A DNA stretch of 36,769 nt from Savitreella phatthalungensis (lineage: Eukaryota): positions 248,001 to 284,769 of the forward strand of contig AP039706.1 of NCBI GenBank assembly GCA_051599415.1, written 5' to 3'. The notes beneath the pieces are model-generated. The model searched no databases, had not been told where the DNA came from, and saw only the letters and a list, made by a program, of their open reading frames with translations. Of the stretch, positions 10,368 through 20,838 are shown in pieces (the stretch's first letter is position 1; the number at the start of each line of letters is the position of its first letter). Both the position numbers and the translations under genes were made by a program.

Positions 10368-10565
10368 ATGTCGAGGGACAGGTCGCCGCTACTACCGACA
10401 GCACGACCTCCATCGGATGATCGGTACGTCGAGCACGACACTTGGCAAAGTTTCTCGGTTGAATGCTTTGTAGCAGAATTCAAGTGCTATGCGAGGACGA
10501 TCGTACCCATTGCGTTAACAACGGCCGTTGTCGTAATCTTGCTTGTCGTCTTCATCACTAAATAA
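10368..10565 (+). CDS. Small (65 aa) single-pass, tail-anchored membrane protein of unknown function
   Basis: ATG ORF that fills the gap between the GATase and Grx4 genes. It has an N-terminal DRSPLL dileucine-like motif and a C-terminal hydrophobic run IVPIALTTAVVVILLVVFI. Confidence 0.6.
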   Translation: MSRDRSPLLPTARPPSDDRYVEHDTWQSFSVECFVAEFKCYARTIVPIALTTAVVVILLVVFITK

Positions 10566-10623
10566 AGGTCTACGGCAATGATCTATAGCTATGCCACTTT
10601 ATGATCTGACAAAGATCGACCAA

Positions 10624-11391
10624 TCATGCATTTACTGTCTCGACGTCATGCTCTTTCAGCACGTCAGCCATCTCGCCAGATTCGATCATCTCGCGTACAA
10701 CGTCCAAACCACCAACGAACTCGCCTCCGACGTAAAGCTGAGGAAAGGTCGGCCAATCAGAGAATTTCTTCAGGCCTTGTCTTACACTGTCGTCTGCGAG
10801 GATGTTGAAGAAGCCATATTTGATACCTTCCTCACGTAAGAGACCGACAAGCGTGCGTGAGAAGCCGCATTGTGGAGCCTGCGGTGTGCCTTTCATGAAT
10901 AGCATGACCTGAGCAGCTTTTGTCAATTTATCCAGTCGCTTTTGAAGATCCTCTGGCGATTCCTCTTCCTGAGCCTGATTTGTTGTGCTCGGTGTGGCCT
11001 GCACTGGTGCTGCCGCTTGTTGTGCTGCTGGAGGGGTTGTTTTTGCTGCAATGGGTTTCGCTGCGTCTCCTCCTCCATACCGCTGTAGAGCAGCCTGCAA
11101 CTCCTGTGGGTTAGCACCCGAGACTTTCGAGAGAACCTCGCCCTGTCTGAAGAGAACAAAATATGGGACGGCCTCGACATCGAATGTCTCAGCGACGTCT
11201 TCAAGTTCCTCTGCATCGACTTTGATGAAAACCACAGTGGCGAACCGCGTCGCTAGCTCATCAAACACGGCATTCATCTGCACGCTTGGTGCTGCAAAGG
11301 CCGCCCAGAAATTAATGCACACAACCTTATCCCCCGCATCCTTGATGACAGATTCGAAGTGAGCGTCGTTCAGCGCTTCAATGACGGTCAT
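10624..11391 (-). CDS. GRX4: Multidomain monothiol glutaredoxin (Trx + Grx), Grx3/Grx4 type
   Basis: N-terminal thioredoxin-like domain and C-terminal MLFMKGTP..PQCGFS...WPTFPQLYVGGEFVGGLD. ATG is at 11391. Confidence 0.95.
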   Translation of the reverse strand: MTVIEALNDAHFESVIKDAGDKVVCINFWAAFAAPSVQMNAVFDELATRFATVVFIKVDAEELEDVAETFDVEAVPYFVLFRQGEVLSKVSGANPQELQAALQRYGGGDAAKPIAAKTTPPAAQQAAAPVQATPSTTNQAQEEESPEDLQKRLDKLTKAAQVMLFMKGTPQAPQCGFSRTLVGLLREEGIKYGFFNILADDSVRQGLKKFSDWPTFPQLYVGGEFVGGLDVVREMIESGEMADVLKEHDVETVNA

Positions 11392-12071
11392 ACTCAAGTC
11401 TAGGGTCGACGAAGTAGGATAGCGATGGCCGCGTGGTCCAATTAGGTCGTTGGGTTCTTCTCTTTCTAATCGCCGACCACCGGAGAGTATCGAAGATCTT
11501 TAGACAGGCATACATGTCATCAGCACAGATCTGAAGTCGTGATCGGTCACGTGTGGTTTAATCAGATGTGGCTGGCGCCCATACCACTTACCCGTAGGTA
11601 CAGTGGCGCGCTAGGCCAGAATGGCGCTCCAGCCACAAATCCACTCGACCTGGGTTAAGACGCTACTTGGCTTCATCGAATGCGAATGACCTAGCAACCG
11701 TGTCATGGACTACTACGTAAAGTCTGGCCAGAGTAGGCGTACTATCATGCTAATGTAGATTGGTCTAAAGCCTGAAGGATGCGTGCAACATTGATTGATG
11801 ACCGTTGAGCTGCGAGTCAAAATACAGTACACATTGTCCAAGTCAATGCTTCAATTGTGCATCTGTTTATGCGCTCATCTGATTTTCCGGCTTAGATTTA
11901 GTGCATGTGCGCATATGATGGCATTGTAGCATACACTCCCATTTTCACTGTGGACGACTCGCGACATTTAGATTGTTAAAGACGTGCAGACATTTAAGCG
12001 CGCACGGGGTATCTTTGAGCCTTGCGTCTGCACATACATCTCGCGTTTGGCGATCGCGTCTGCCTGGAGTG

Positions 12072-13535
12072 ATGGGCATTAAAAATCTGACCTCTGTCAT
12101 CAGCGACAATGCTCCGTCCGCCATCAAGAATCTCGAGATCAAGGCTTTCTTCGGTCGAAAGGTCGCCATTGATGCTTCAATGTCGCTATATCAGTTTTTG
12201 ATTGCAGTTCGCCAGCAAGATGGGCAGCAGCTCCAGAGTGAGACCGGTGAGACAACGTCCCATCTGATGGGCATGTTTTATCGAACCCTTCGTATTGTCG
12301 ACAACGGCATCAAACCCTTGTACGTATTTGACGGGGCACCACCAAAGCTGAAGAGCGGTGAGCTTGCCAAACGCATTGCCCGCAATGCTCAAGCCTCAGT
12401 TGACGCTGCAGAGGCTCGTGAAACTGGAACCACCGAAGACGTGGACAAGTTTTCAAGGCGAACAGTCCGCGTCACGCGGCAACACAACGAGGAGGCAAAA
12501 TTGCTGCTCAAGCTCATGGGTATTCCATATGTCGAGGCGCCTTGCGAAGCAGAGGCTTGCTGTGCACGTCTCGCTCGTGAGGGTAAAGTGTATGCCGCGG
12601 CTTCAGAGGATATGGACACCTTGTGTTTCGATGCTCCTGTCCTGCTTCGACATCTGACCTTCTCCGAGGCCCGCAAAGAGCCGATCAGTGAAATCATTCT
12701 TTCCAAAGCACTCGAGGGCCTTGCCATGAGCATGGACCAATTCATCGATATGTGCATTCTGCTCGGATGTGACTACTGCGATCCGATTCGGGGTATTGGC
12801 CCAAAGAAAGCACTCGAGCTGATTCGCGAGTACGGCACGATCGAAAAAATTCTGGAGCATCTCAAGACAACGAAATACGACGTGCCCGATGATTGGCCCT
12901 TCGCCGATGCTCGCGAGTTGTTCAAGAATCCGGATGTCGATCCCTGGACCCGTGTGGGTATGTCGCCACTCGAAGAAGACCTGAGACGAAAAATGGCCCT
13001 TCCAAAAAACCAAGATATAACGAAACCGCCAGAGTCTCCAGAGGTCAAGCCCGAGAACGGCGACGAAGGGAAGGACGACGTTGCTGATGAAGGACCTGCA
13101 TTGCAGACTACGACGGATGGTACTGCCGGGTCGGAAGTGCGGATCTCGGAGCAAGAGCAGGACACGGAGGTTGCTGCTGACGCGGACGACTCGATCGACC
13201 CGTACTCACAGCCGGTCAAGCCGAAGGGATTTTCCGCCTCTCAAAATCCAGATCTCCTTCGCCAGCGTCAGCACATGGCCGACTGCAATCCGGAATGGAC
13301 AGAGCCCGACGTCGAAGGACTCGTAGCTTTCCTTGTGCACGAGAAGGGGTTCGCGGAAGAACGCGTCCGAAGCGGTGCGGAGCGTCTCAAGAAGGGCGTC
13401 AAACAGAAGCAGCAAGGTCGACTCGATGGCTTCTTCAAGGCTCAGCCCAAGTCACCGTCCTCCAGCTCACCAGCAAGCAAGCGCAAGCCGGACTCTAAGA
13501 AGGACGATCCAAAAAAGAAGCTGAAGAAGAAGTAG
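12072..13535 (+). CDS. FEN1: Flap endonuclease 1 (Rad27/Rad2) with a large acidic insertion
   Basis: MGIKNL start, [32 protein letters not shown]3TH motif [18 protein letters not shown] box QGRLDGFF and a basic tail. Confidence 0.96.
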   Translation: MGIKNLTSVISDNAPSAIKNLEIKAFFGRKVAIDASMSLYQFLIAVRQQDGQQLQSETGETTSHLMGMFYRTLRIVDNGIKPLYVFDGAPPKLKSGELAKRIARNAQASVDAAEARETGTTEDVDKFSRRTVRVTRQHNEEAKLLLKLMGIPYVEAPCEAEACCARLAREGKVYAAASEDMDTLCFDAPVLLRHLTFSEARKEPISEIILSKALEGLAMSMDQFIDMCILLGCDYCDPIRGIGPKKALELIREYGTIEKILEHLKTTKYDVPDDWPFADARELFKNPDVDPWTRVGMSPLEEDLRRKMALPKNQDITKPPESPEVKPENGDEGKDDVADEGPALQTTTDGTAGSEVRISEQEQDTEVAADADDSIDPYSQPVKPKGFSASQNPDLLRQRQHMADCNPEWTEPDVEGLVAFLVHEKGFAEERVRSGAERLKKGVKQKQQGRLDGFFKAQPKSPSSSSPASKRKPDSKKDDPKKKLKKK

Positions 13536-13628
13536 AAGTCGATTGAATCACCTCTCAATTGACGAGTAACGACATGCTTTACAAGACTACAGTGTAAATT
13601 AGATATCATTACATACGTATTTTCAAGA

Positions 13629-15341
13629 TCAGCCCTGCGCATACTTGGAGCGCTTCCGCAGAGTCGGCCCAAATTTCCAGAAGAGGAATGGAACCGGGAT
13701 TAGTGCAGCGGCAAACCCGCCGAGGATGCCACCGAAAGCAGCGTACGACCAACCCTCGATCCATTGGCGAGTGAAGAGCGGTGCAGCACCACCAGCGAAG
13801 GATCGGAAGAGGTCATTCGAAGCGAGGCAGGATGCCGCGTAGACAGGGCACGCGTCTGTGAGGTAGGACAGCGCACCTTGGAACAGCAGGAAAGCACCTG
13901 CCCCAAAGCACACAAAGCCGAAGGCGAACACAATCCAAGAGTCGCCCCTGGAAGCGGAAAAGGAGACCCAAAAGACAGAGGCTGCAAGGAGAAGCCCGCC
14001 GACCATCGACGGCCAAAGTCTGTCCTCCGGTTCGATCTTTCCATGCTTATCGTACTTCGGGAAAATGAAGAACGACAAATAGAACTCGTAAGGGATGATT
14101 GCCAGAATGACACCGATGGCCGTTGAGATGAAGAACGTGCCGACCAAACCGATGTTGAAACCCTTCGATTGTTCGAGGTACAGAGGAACAAGCTCGAAGG
14201 ACGCGTAGAGAACGATGTATACCGCGGCGATTTGTAGATTAATCAGGAGCACGATGATGTCCGAAGAGATTGCAATAGGCCGCCACAGCAACTCCTTGAT
14301 CATAGCTTTCGGATCTGTCTGTTCTTGCTCGACAATCGCCTCACAAGTGAGTTTTTCGTTGCCGGTGATCTTGCGCAGACGCTTTGTGCGCTGAGCAAGA
14401 ATAGCCTTGGACGAGGTCTCTGGCAACAGGAAGATCAAGACGATCAGGACGCCTCCGGCGAGCCACAGAACTTCCAGCATCGTGATGCGCCAGCCGTTCG
14501 TTCCGAGAGCACCCCAGCCAGCGATCAGTGGGGCGACGGTCGGACCCGCGACCGCACCGGCACCCCAGAGATAGATGCCTCGGGCCCGATACTTGGCGTT
14601 TAAGACATCACCGATTGAAGCACCTCCATTGGCTAGGGCAGGAGAGGAGAAGAATCCGGTGATGAATCGCATGGCGAGCAGACAACCGATATTTGGAGCA
14701 AGCCAGACTCCAACTTGAGATGCGCAGTAAGCGATCAAGGTGAGAATGTAAATTGGATTGCGTCCAATTGTGGTCTCCGAGAGCGGAGCCCAGATCATGG
14801 GGCCGACGGCATAGCCGAAAACATAGATCGAGAGCGTCAGAGCAGCTGTGACTGGCGCGATCCCGAAGTCCTGAATGAGATAACCGACAGCAACAGAGAT
14901 TTGTGATGCAGCTCCGTAGACACCGAAAGTCAGGAGCGAGATGAGAAAGATCGTCAAGCCCTTCTTGTAGGTCGGCCAATTCATCGGATCATCAAAGTCA
15001 TTGTCCTCAAACTTGACCATGTTATAATCCTCACCCTTTTCCTGTTCGTCAGAGTTCTTTTGCTTCTCTCGTGTCGGGCTGTTTTCATCGGAAGAGCGGC
15101 GCTGGCCGACGAGGGTATCGGTTGAATTGCTGCGCTCTTGCTGCTGCTCCCGGCGAGCCTGTTCCTCACGGCGCTTGACACCTTCGACTGAGTACTTCTC
15201 GATGAAATACGAAGGGTCACGCTCCTCGGGGTACTGGAGGACACGATTGCCCGTGATCTTGCGCAAGAACCAGCCGGCAGCAGAGTCGCGGATCATGCCC
15301 GAAATATGGCCACCATGGGCTTCGTGATACGGTTGAGTCAT
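13629..15341 (-). CDS. MFS drug:H+ antiporter, DHA1 family (Flr1/Mdr1/Caf5-like)
   Basis: D.DDPMNWP..KK, GYAVGPMIWAPLSE..IGR.P.Y, RFITGFFSSPALANGGASIGD, LPETS, PEDRL, YAAS.LASND.FRS; about 12 transmembrane segments. Confidence 0.92.
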   Translation of the reverse strand: MTQPYHEAHGGHISGMIRDSAAGWFLRKITGNRVLQYPEERDPSYFIEKYSVEGVKRREEQARREQQQERSNSTDTLVGQRRSSDENSPTREKQKNSDEQEKGEDYNMVKFEDNDFDDPMNWPTYKKGLTIFLISLLTFGVYGAASQISVAVGYLIQDFGIAPVTAALTLSIYVFGYAVGPMIWAPLSETTIGRNPIYILTLIAYCASQVGVWLAPNIGCLLAMRFITGFFSSPALANGGASIGDVLNAKYRARGIYLWGAGAVAGPTVAPLIAGWGALGTNGWRITMLEVLWLAGGVLIVLIFLLPETSSKAILAQRTKRLRKITGNEKLTCEAIVEQEQTDPKAMIKELLWRPIAISSDIIVLLINLQIAAVYIVLYASFELVPLYLEQSKGFNIGLVGTFFISTAIGVILAIIPYEFYLSFFIFPKYDKHGKIEPEDRLWPSMVGGLLLAASVFWVSFSASRGDSWIVFAFGFVCFGAGAFLLFQGALSYLTDACPVYAASCLASNDLFRSFAGGAAPLFTRQWIEGWSYAAFGGILGGFAAALIPVPFLFWKFGPTLRKRSKYAQG

Positions 15342-17382
15342 GACTCGCCGAAGACCTGCCTGGAAAAACCTCTAAGATTGTCAGGACACACGGCCAAGAT
15401 GAATGACAGGTGAGTGCCGGCACATAATATACGCTGAGTGTCAGGATCGCCAGCAACGCTGCGTTTGTCATCGTCTCTGCAAAAGTTGCATCATGACACG
15501 GTGGCGCCCGGAAACGAATCTGACGGGTCTATCGCCTGTGTTAACCTTGATCGAAGTACGGGAGGAGCGGGAAGGATTTCTAATGAAGATGCGGTGATCT
15601 GAATCGGAGGATATCCGACTGACAGTATGCTTAATTTGAATAAAAGTCACCGCTGTCGGCTAGGATACCTGAATACTTACGCCGTTCACAATTGATCGAA
15701 AATACCAATCAAGTTGCAGTCAATCCTATGCCAAATTCAAGGGTAGTCTTCCGATCTGAGTGCGATACAGAATTCATTCAGCACTGCAATGGAAGGGTTT
15801 CTTCATTAGATGGAATGAGTGCAGCGTCTGTCAAGAAGTGCGTGAAATCGAAATCTATGACAGTATCGACTTTAGTTCGAAATTTACACTGATCGTAGAT
15901 GAGTGGCCAATAATTTGCGTCGGCTAAATTTTGAAGAAAGCGGAAGTAGATCTTGATCCATGCGCTACACGAGTCAAATCAACAGACTTTCTATCTGGCA
16001 GGAGTCATCAGGTCATAACGAGGCTGACAGCCATTTTACGTCATGACAAGATACGCTAACACTTGAGGCGCAGCGCATAATACGGATGCACGTGGACTTC
16101 CTGTACCTCGATGTCGGGACGCACATCGATCGCTGAAGATATTGAGTGACTTCCAGGACTTGTGAAGATCTCATGCAATTCCCGATATGGCAGATTTAGC
16201 CCTTGACCGATCGTTGATGAGTCTTCAATATCCTCCTACATAGATCTGCATTCTGCCATGAAAATCTTCTTGCTGGCCTCTGTGCTGAAATCAATGCGAC
16301 ATCAGTGCTTCGAGGCATATTGGGGACTGATTTGCAACTCCGCATCATAGGCCCTTGTTGAAGTTTTGTTTCTCTCACAGCTGCCGGTCAAGACTGCGTA
16401 TAGTTTAAGCCCTAGATGTTGTGCTGACAGATACTGCATTTTCGGGCTGCCTTCCTCATTGCAATTGGTGAGAACTCAGCGTGGCGAAGGATCTCGATTG
16501 ACGGTCGTAAGTGGCGGTCTCCATACCCGGTAGCTCTCAGCCATTCGAAGCACAGTCGGTAAAGACCGAAAAATACACTCATCTCGAATTGCGTGTTTCT
16601 CGAGTTATGCAGTCCACTACTACCGATGAGTGCTGCATCCATCCAGTGATCGCAAGCCCTTGCGTCGTCGGTCGTTTTGAATGAACGAGCTGTGCGGACT
16701 ATCTAACAACATTCAAATACCAAGACAGAACGATGAAGATGCCTGCGGCTCACGAAACATTGAGCCATTGCTTGTTGACCCTGAATGCATCCTGAACGTC
16801 TTGCGATCGAGACTGATCTGAGGCATGTGCATAGCCCCGGCCCATACGGACCTTCCCAACCAGCCGTTAGCTCGTCGCTGGCTCGGAAATAGCAGCTTTG
16901 CCAGCACCTACGTGTCTTCCAGGCAACATTTGCATTTGTGTGTCAAACGGAGAAACAACCTCCTTATTCCATGATATTGCAATCTAACAAGCATTGTTCG
17001 TGCTTCCGCTATGAGCCAACGCTGATCCGCTACATATGCTTTGGTATTGCTGAATGCTGTGAAGAGAACTAGCTTTCGGATAACCGTGCCGAAGAATGTT
17101 TGTCAAGAAAGTTTCACAGCGCACTCGCGAGCGTGTTGGTGGACGTGATGAGTTGAAGCGCTGCGAACGATCGTCTCGTGCGCACGATTGTGCGTGTGAT
17201 TGCGAGTCACTCTGTCAAAGTCAAGAAGCACGTCAAGACTACACGACAGAGTGCAGACGAAAATGCTGCAATTATATCAAATTCTGCCCATCAGCATGCA
17301 ACTTGGATCAACTCAACCTTCATTTCTCCGCATGATGGTACGGGACTGAAAGGTGGCGTCGCAGAGTCGAGCAAGAGGTATT

Positions 17383-20300
17383 TCACTCGAGGACTGCTAC
17401 AAGATCTCCTGTTGCCACGGAGGCGCCTTCCTCGACAAGAATTTCTTTGACTTTGCCGGCAACACCGGCCGTACAGGCAGATTCCATTTTCATGGCTGAA
17501 AGCACGGCTAGGACGTCACCCTTCTGAACCTGAGCACCGGCCTTGACCCTGACCTCAACGACCACGCCAGGCAGAGGAGCAGCGACGTGTTGCTTATTGG
17601 ACGCATCGGCCTTGGGGCGCACGACCGACTCCACGCCGGCTTTCTTGTCCTCGATCTGCAGTGATCGAGTTTCGCCGTTGAACTCAAAGAACACTTCCTT
17701 TGTGGCCGTCGTTTCGGAAAGTGGACCGACAGCCAGCAATTTGATGATGAACGTTTTTCCTTGCTCGACGTTCACGTGGATTTCCTCATTGATCGAGGGC
17801 TTTGCAAGGAAGTAGCGTGTCGGGAGGGACGAGAGATCACCATATTTGGCAAGGAAATTGCGATAGTCCTTGTAGACAGATGGGAATTGCGTGTAAGAAG
17901 CCACGTCAGTGTCGCCAGCGGTCCCGTACTCTTCGGCCAGGTCCTTACGAATCTTGTTCAGGTCGAGAGGCTCGAGGGACTTGCCCGGGCGCTCAGACAA
18001 GGGTTTACGTTTGCCTCGCAAAGCCTTTGTGCGCAGTGGCTCCGGAAAGCCGCCATAAGGCTGGCCCATGAGTCCCTCGAAGAAGTCGAGCACACTGCCT
18101 GGGAAGTCGAGCTCATCGGCACGGGCGATAACATCATCGTAAGACAACTTGTTGCTTACCATGAATTGTGCAAGGTCACCTACGACCTTCGAAGTCGGCG
18201 TGACCTTTACAATGTCTCCCAGAAGCGCATTGGCTGCGACATATGCCTTCTTGGTCTCTGCCCACTGCGTGCCGAGCCCGAGCTGAGTAGCCTGGAAGCG
18301 CAGGTTTGTGAGCTGCCCGCCAGGAATCTCGTGATCGTAGACCTCGGGATCGGGCCCTTTCATGTCAGAATCAAAGGGCGCGTACAAGAGCCGAAGCTGC
18401 GCCCAGTACTCGTCAAGCGCCTTGACATGGCTAGCATTCAGGCCGGGACCAATGCCAGAGCCGTCCATACTTGCCATGTATGCACCGATCGATGGCTGTG
18501 AGGTCATGCCAGACATGGAGTCAGAGCATACATCGATTGCATCGGCGCCGGCGTGCGCACATGCCACCATGGAAGCCACACCTGTGCCCGCGGAGTCGTG
18601 CGTATGCACATGAATCGGCAGTTCTGGGTATTTCTTACGAATGGCGGAGATCAGCTGCGTGGCAGCCTGCGGCTTCAGAACGCCTGCCATATCTTTGATG
18701 CCGAGTATATGACCACCCATGTCGACAATTTGATCAACAAGATCAAGATAGTACTGGAGATTGTACTTCTTCTTTGGGTTCAGCATATCGCCTGAAATGC
18801 AGACGGTAGCCTCTGCTACTCCCCCTGCCTGTTTGACAGCGTCGACACCCATGCGCAGATTCGTCACATCATTGAGCGCATCAAAGACCCGGAAAATGTC
18901 GACACCGTTTTTCTTGGCTTGTTCAACGAAGAAGTAGATCGCGTTGTCGGGCAAGGCAGAGTAGGCGAGGCCATTTGCGCCTCGCAGGAGCATTTGGAAC
19001 GGAATGTTGGGAACAGCCTTGCGAAGCTTGCGAAGGCGGTCCCATGGATCCTCATATAGGAAGCGCATTGCCACATCAAAGGTTGCACCTCCCCAGCACT
19101 CAAGTGCGTAGGCGTTGCTGAGCGCATGAGACGTCTGGGGAGCAATATTGAGCATGTCGAGTGTGCGGACGCGAGTAGCAAGCAAAGACTGGTGAGCGTC
19201 GCGCCAGGTCGTGTCCATGATGAGTGTTCCTTTGTTGGCGCGGACTGCCTTGGCAAATCCTTCGGGACCGTCCTTCAAGATGATGTTGCGCCAACCTTCC
19301 GAGCATGGGCTCGAGACATCGACGCCCTTGAGCTCAGGTATGATTGCATCACCCTTCAGCTGCGGTTCGCCGACCTGGCCGACAATCTGAGTGCCGTTTA
19401 CGACAAGCTCACCAAGGTAGGTCAAGATCTTGGTGGCGCGATCAGCCGATCTGTAGAGTTTGAACAGGTCAGGAGTGTCGTCGATATATGTCGTCCAGTA
19501 GGTGGCATCTTGGAAAACGTCGCTTGTCACGAGACGCAGCAAGAACGGAATGTTGGTCTTCAAGCCACGAACACGGAACTCAATGAGGGCTCGCAGAACC
19601 TTACGACGGGTGATTTCGTACGTGCTGCCGCGGCACGTGCACTTGACAAGCATTGAATCATAGTGCGGAGAGATGACAGCGCCAGCAAAGCCGTTACCGC
19701 CATCCAGACGCACGCCATTGCCACCGGCTGAGCGATAGACCTCAATACGGCCTGTATCCGGTGCGAAGCTGTTAGCTGGGTCTTCGGTTGTGATACGACA
19801 CTGAATCGCGTAGCCGCGTGGCTGAATGACCTCCTGGGAAAGACCAAGCTTCGCGAGCGTTGCACCCGCAGCGATCTGGATTTGTGCGCCGACAATGTCG
19901 ATGCCGGTAATCTCCTCTGTGATTGTATGCTCGACCTGGATACGCGGGTTGATCTCGATGAAGTAGTGGCGGCCTTGCGCATCAACAAGAAATTCGGCTG
20001 TACCTGCGTTGCGGTAGTTGACCTCCCGAGCAAGCTTGAGGGCGTCGTCAAGGATGGCCTGACGAATCTGCGGCGCAAGACCTTTAGCTGGAGCAACTTC
20101 AACCACCTTTTGGTGTCTCCGCTGAACAGAACAGTCTCGCTCGTAAAGATGGATGCAGTTGCCTTCTCCATCTGCAAGCAGCTGCACCTCGATATGCTTT
20201 GGTTTGATGAGAAAGCGCTCAATGAAGCAAGTGCCATCGCCGAAAGCATTCTTGGCCTCGGATGTAGCACGTTGGAAAGAGGCCTCGAAGTCCTCCTGCT

Positions 20301-20838
20301 TTGTCACGACTCGCATACCACGGCCGCCTCCACCCATCGCGGCCTTGATGATGACTGGGAAACCATACTGCTCAACAAACGATTTGGCCTCATCAATCGA
20401 CTCGATTGGCCCTTCTGTACCCGGCACGACGGGGACGCCGACCTTCATCGCTAGCGTTCGAGCTTTCGTCTTGTCACCCAATGAGTCGATGGTGTCTGGG
20501 CGCGGACCCACCCAGAGCATGCCTGCTTCTTCGACCTTGCGGGCGAAAGAAGCGTTTTCTGAGAGAAATCCGTAGCCTGGATGAACCATGGTGACACCAT
20601 GGGCTTGAGCAATACGAACAATCTCATCTTGAGCAAGGTAGGCGCCCACTGGAGTGTGCTCACCGACACGACCGATGACATACGACTCATCAGCCTTTTG
20701 CCTGTGCATCGACAGACGGTCTTCATGGGAGTAAATTGCCACGGTGTGGAGTCCTAACTCATGGGCAGTTCGGAAGATACGCACCGCGATCTCAGATCTG
20801 TTGGCGACCAGAAGCTTGTGCGGCTTCTCAGGCGCCAT
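17383..20838 (-). CDS. PYC1: Pyruvate carboxylase
   Basis: Biotin carboxylase domain (LLVANRSEIA, HPGYGFLSEN, ERDCSVQRRHQK), carboxyltransferase domain (DTTWRDAHQSL, HVHTHD) and biotin-attachment motif AMKME. ATG is at 20838. Confidence 0.98.
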   Translation of the reverse strand: MAPEKPHKLLVANRSEIAVRIFRTAHELGLHTVAIYSHEDRLSMHRQKADESYVIGRVGEHTPVGAYLAQDEIVRIAQAHGVTMVHPGYGFLSENASFARKVEEAGMLWVGPRPDTIDSLGDKTKARTLAMKVGVPVVPGTEGPIESIDEAKSFVEQYGFPVIIKAAMGGGGRGMRVVTKQEDFEASFQRATSEAKNAFGDGTCFIERFLIKPKHIEVQLLADGEGNCIHLYERDCSVQRRHQKVVEVAPAKGLAPQIRQAILDDALKLAREVNYRNAGTAEFLVDAQGRHYFIEINPRIQVEHTITEEITGIDIVGAQIQIAAGATLAKLGLSQEVIQPRGYAIQCRITTEDPANSFAPDTGRIEVYRSAGGNGVRLDGGNGFAGAVISPHYDSMLVKCTCRGSTYEITRRKVLRALIEFRVRGLKTNIPFLLRLVTSDVFQDATYWTTYIDDTPDLFKLYRSADRATKILTYLGELVVNGTQIVGQVGEPQLKGDAIIPELKGVDVSSPCSEGWRNIILKDGPEGFAKAVRANKGTLIMDTTWRDAHQSLLATRVRTLDMLNIAPQTSHALSNAYALECWGGATFDVAMRFLYEDPWDRLRKLRKAVPNIPFQMLLRGANGLAYSALPDNAIYFFVEQAKKNGVDIFRVFDALNDVTNLRMGVDAVKQAGGVAEATVCISGDMLNPKKKYNLQYYLDLVDQIVDMGGHILGIKDMAGVLKPQAATQLISAIRKKYPELPIHVHTHDSAGTGVASMVACAHAGADAIDVCSDSMSGMTSQPSIGAYMASMDGSGIGPGLNASHVKALDEYWAQLRLLYAPFDSDMKGPDPEVYDHEIPGGQLTNLRFQATQLGLGTQWAETKKAYVAANALLGDIVKVTPTSKVVGDLAQFMVSNKLSYDDVIARADELDFPGSVLDFFEGLMGQPYGGFPEPLRTKALRGKRKPLSERPGKSLEPLDLNKIRKDLAEEYGTAGDTDVASYTQFPSVYKDYRNFLAKYGDLSSLPTRYFLAKPSINEEIHVNVEQGKTFIIKLLAVGPLSETTATKEVFFEFNGETRSLQIEDKKAGVESVVRPKADASNKQHVAAPLPGVVVEVRVKAGAQVQKGDVLAVLSAMKMESACTAGVAGKVKEILVEEGASVATGDLVAVLE

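Noticed and set aside
11546..11594. GTCACGTG and TTACCCG (Cbf1/Reb1-like sites) between GRX4 and FEN1
   Set aside because: These are single short matches expected by chance and cannot be supported without conservation data.
17543..20575. Long antisense and alternative-frame ORFs over PYC (similar ones occur over ENO, ADE17, FEN1 and others)
   Set aside because: These are shadow ORFs caused by GC-rich codon bias of the real genes and have no recognisable motifs.
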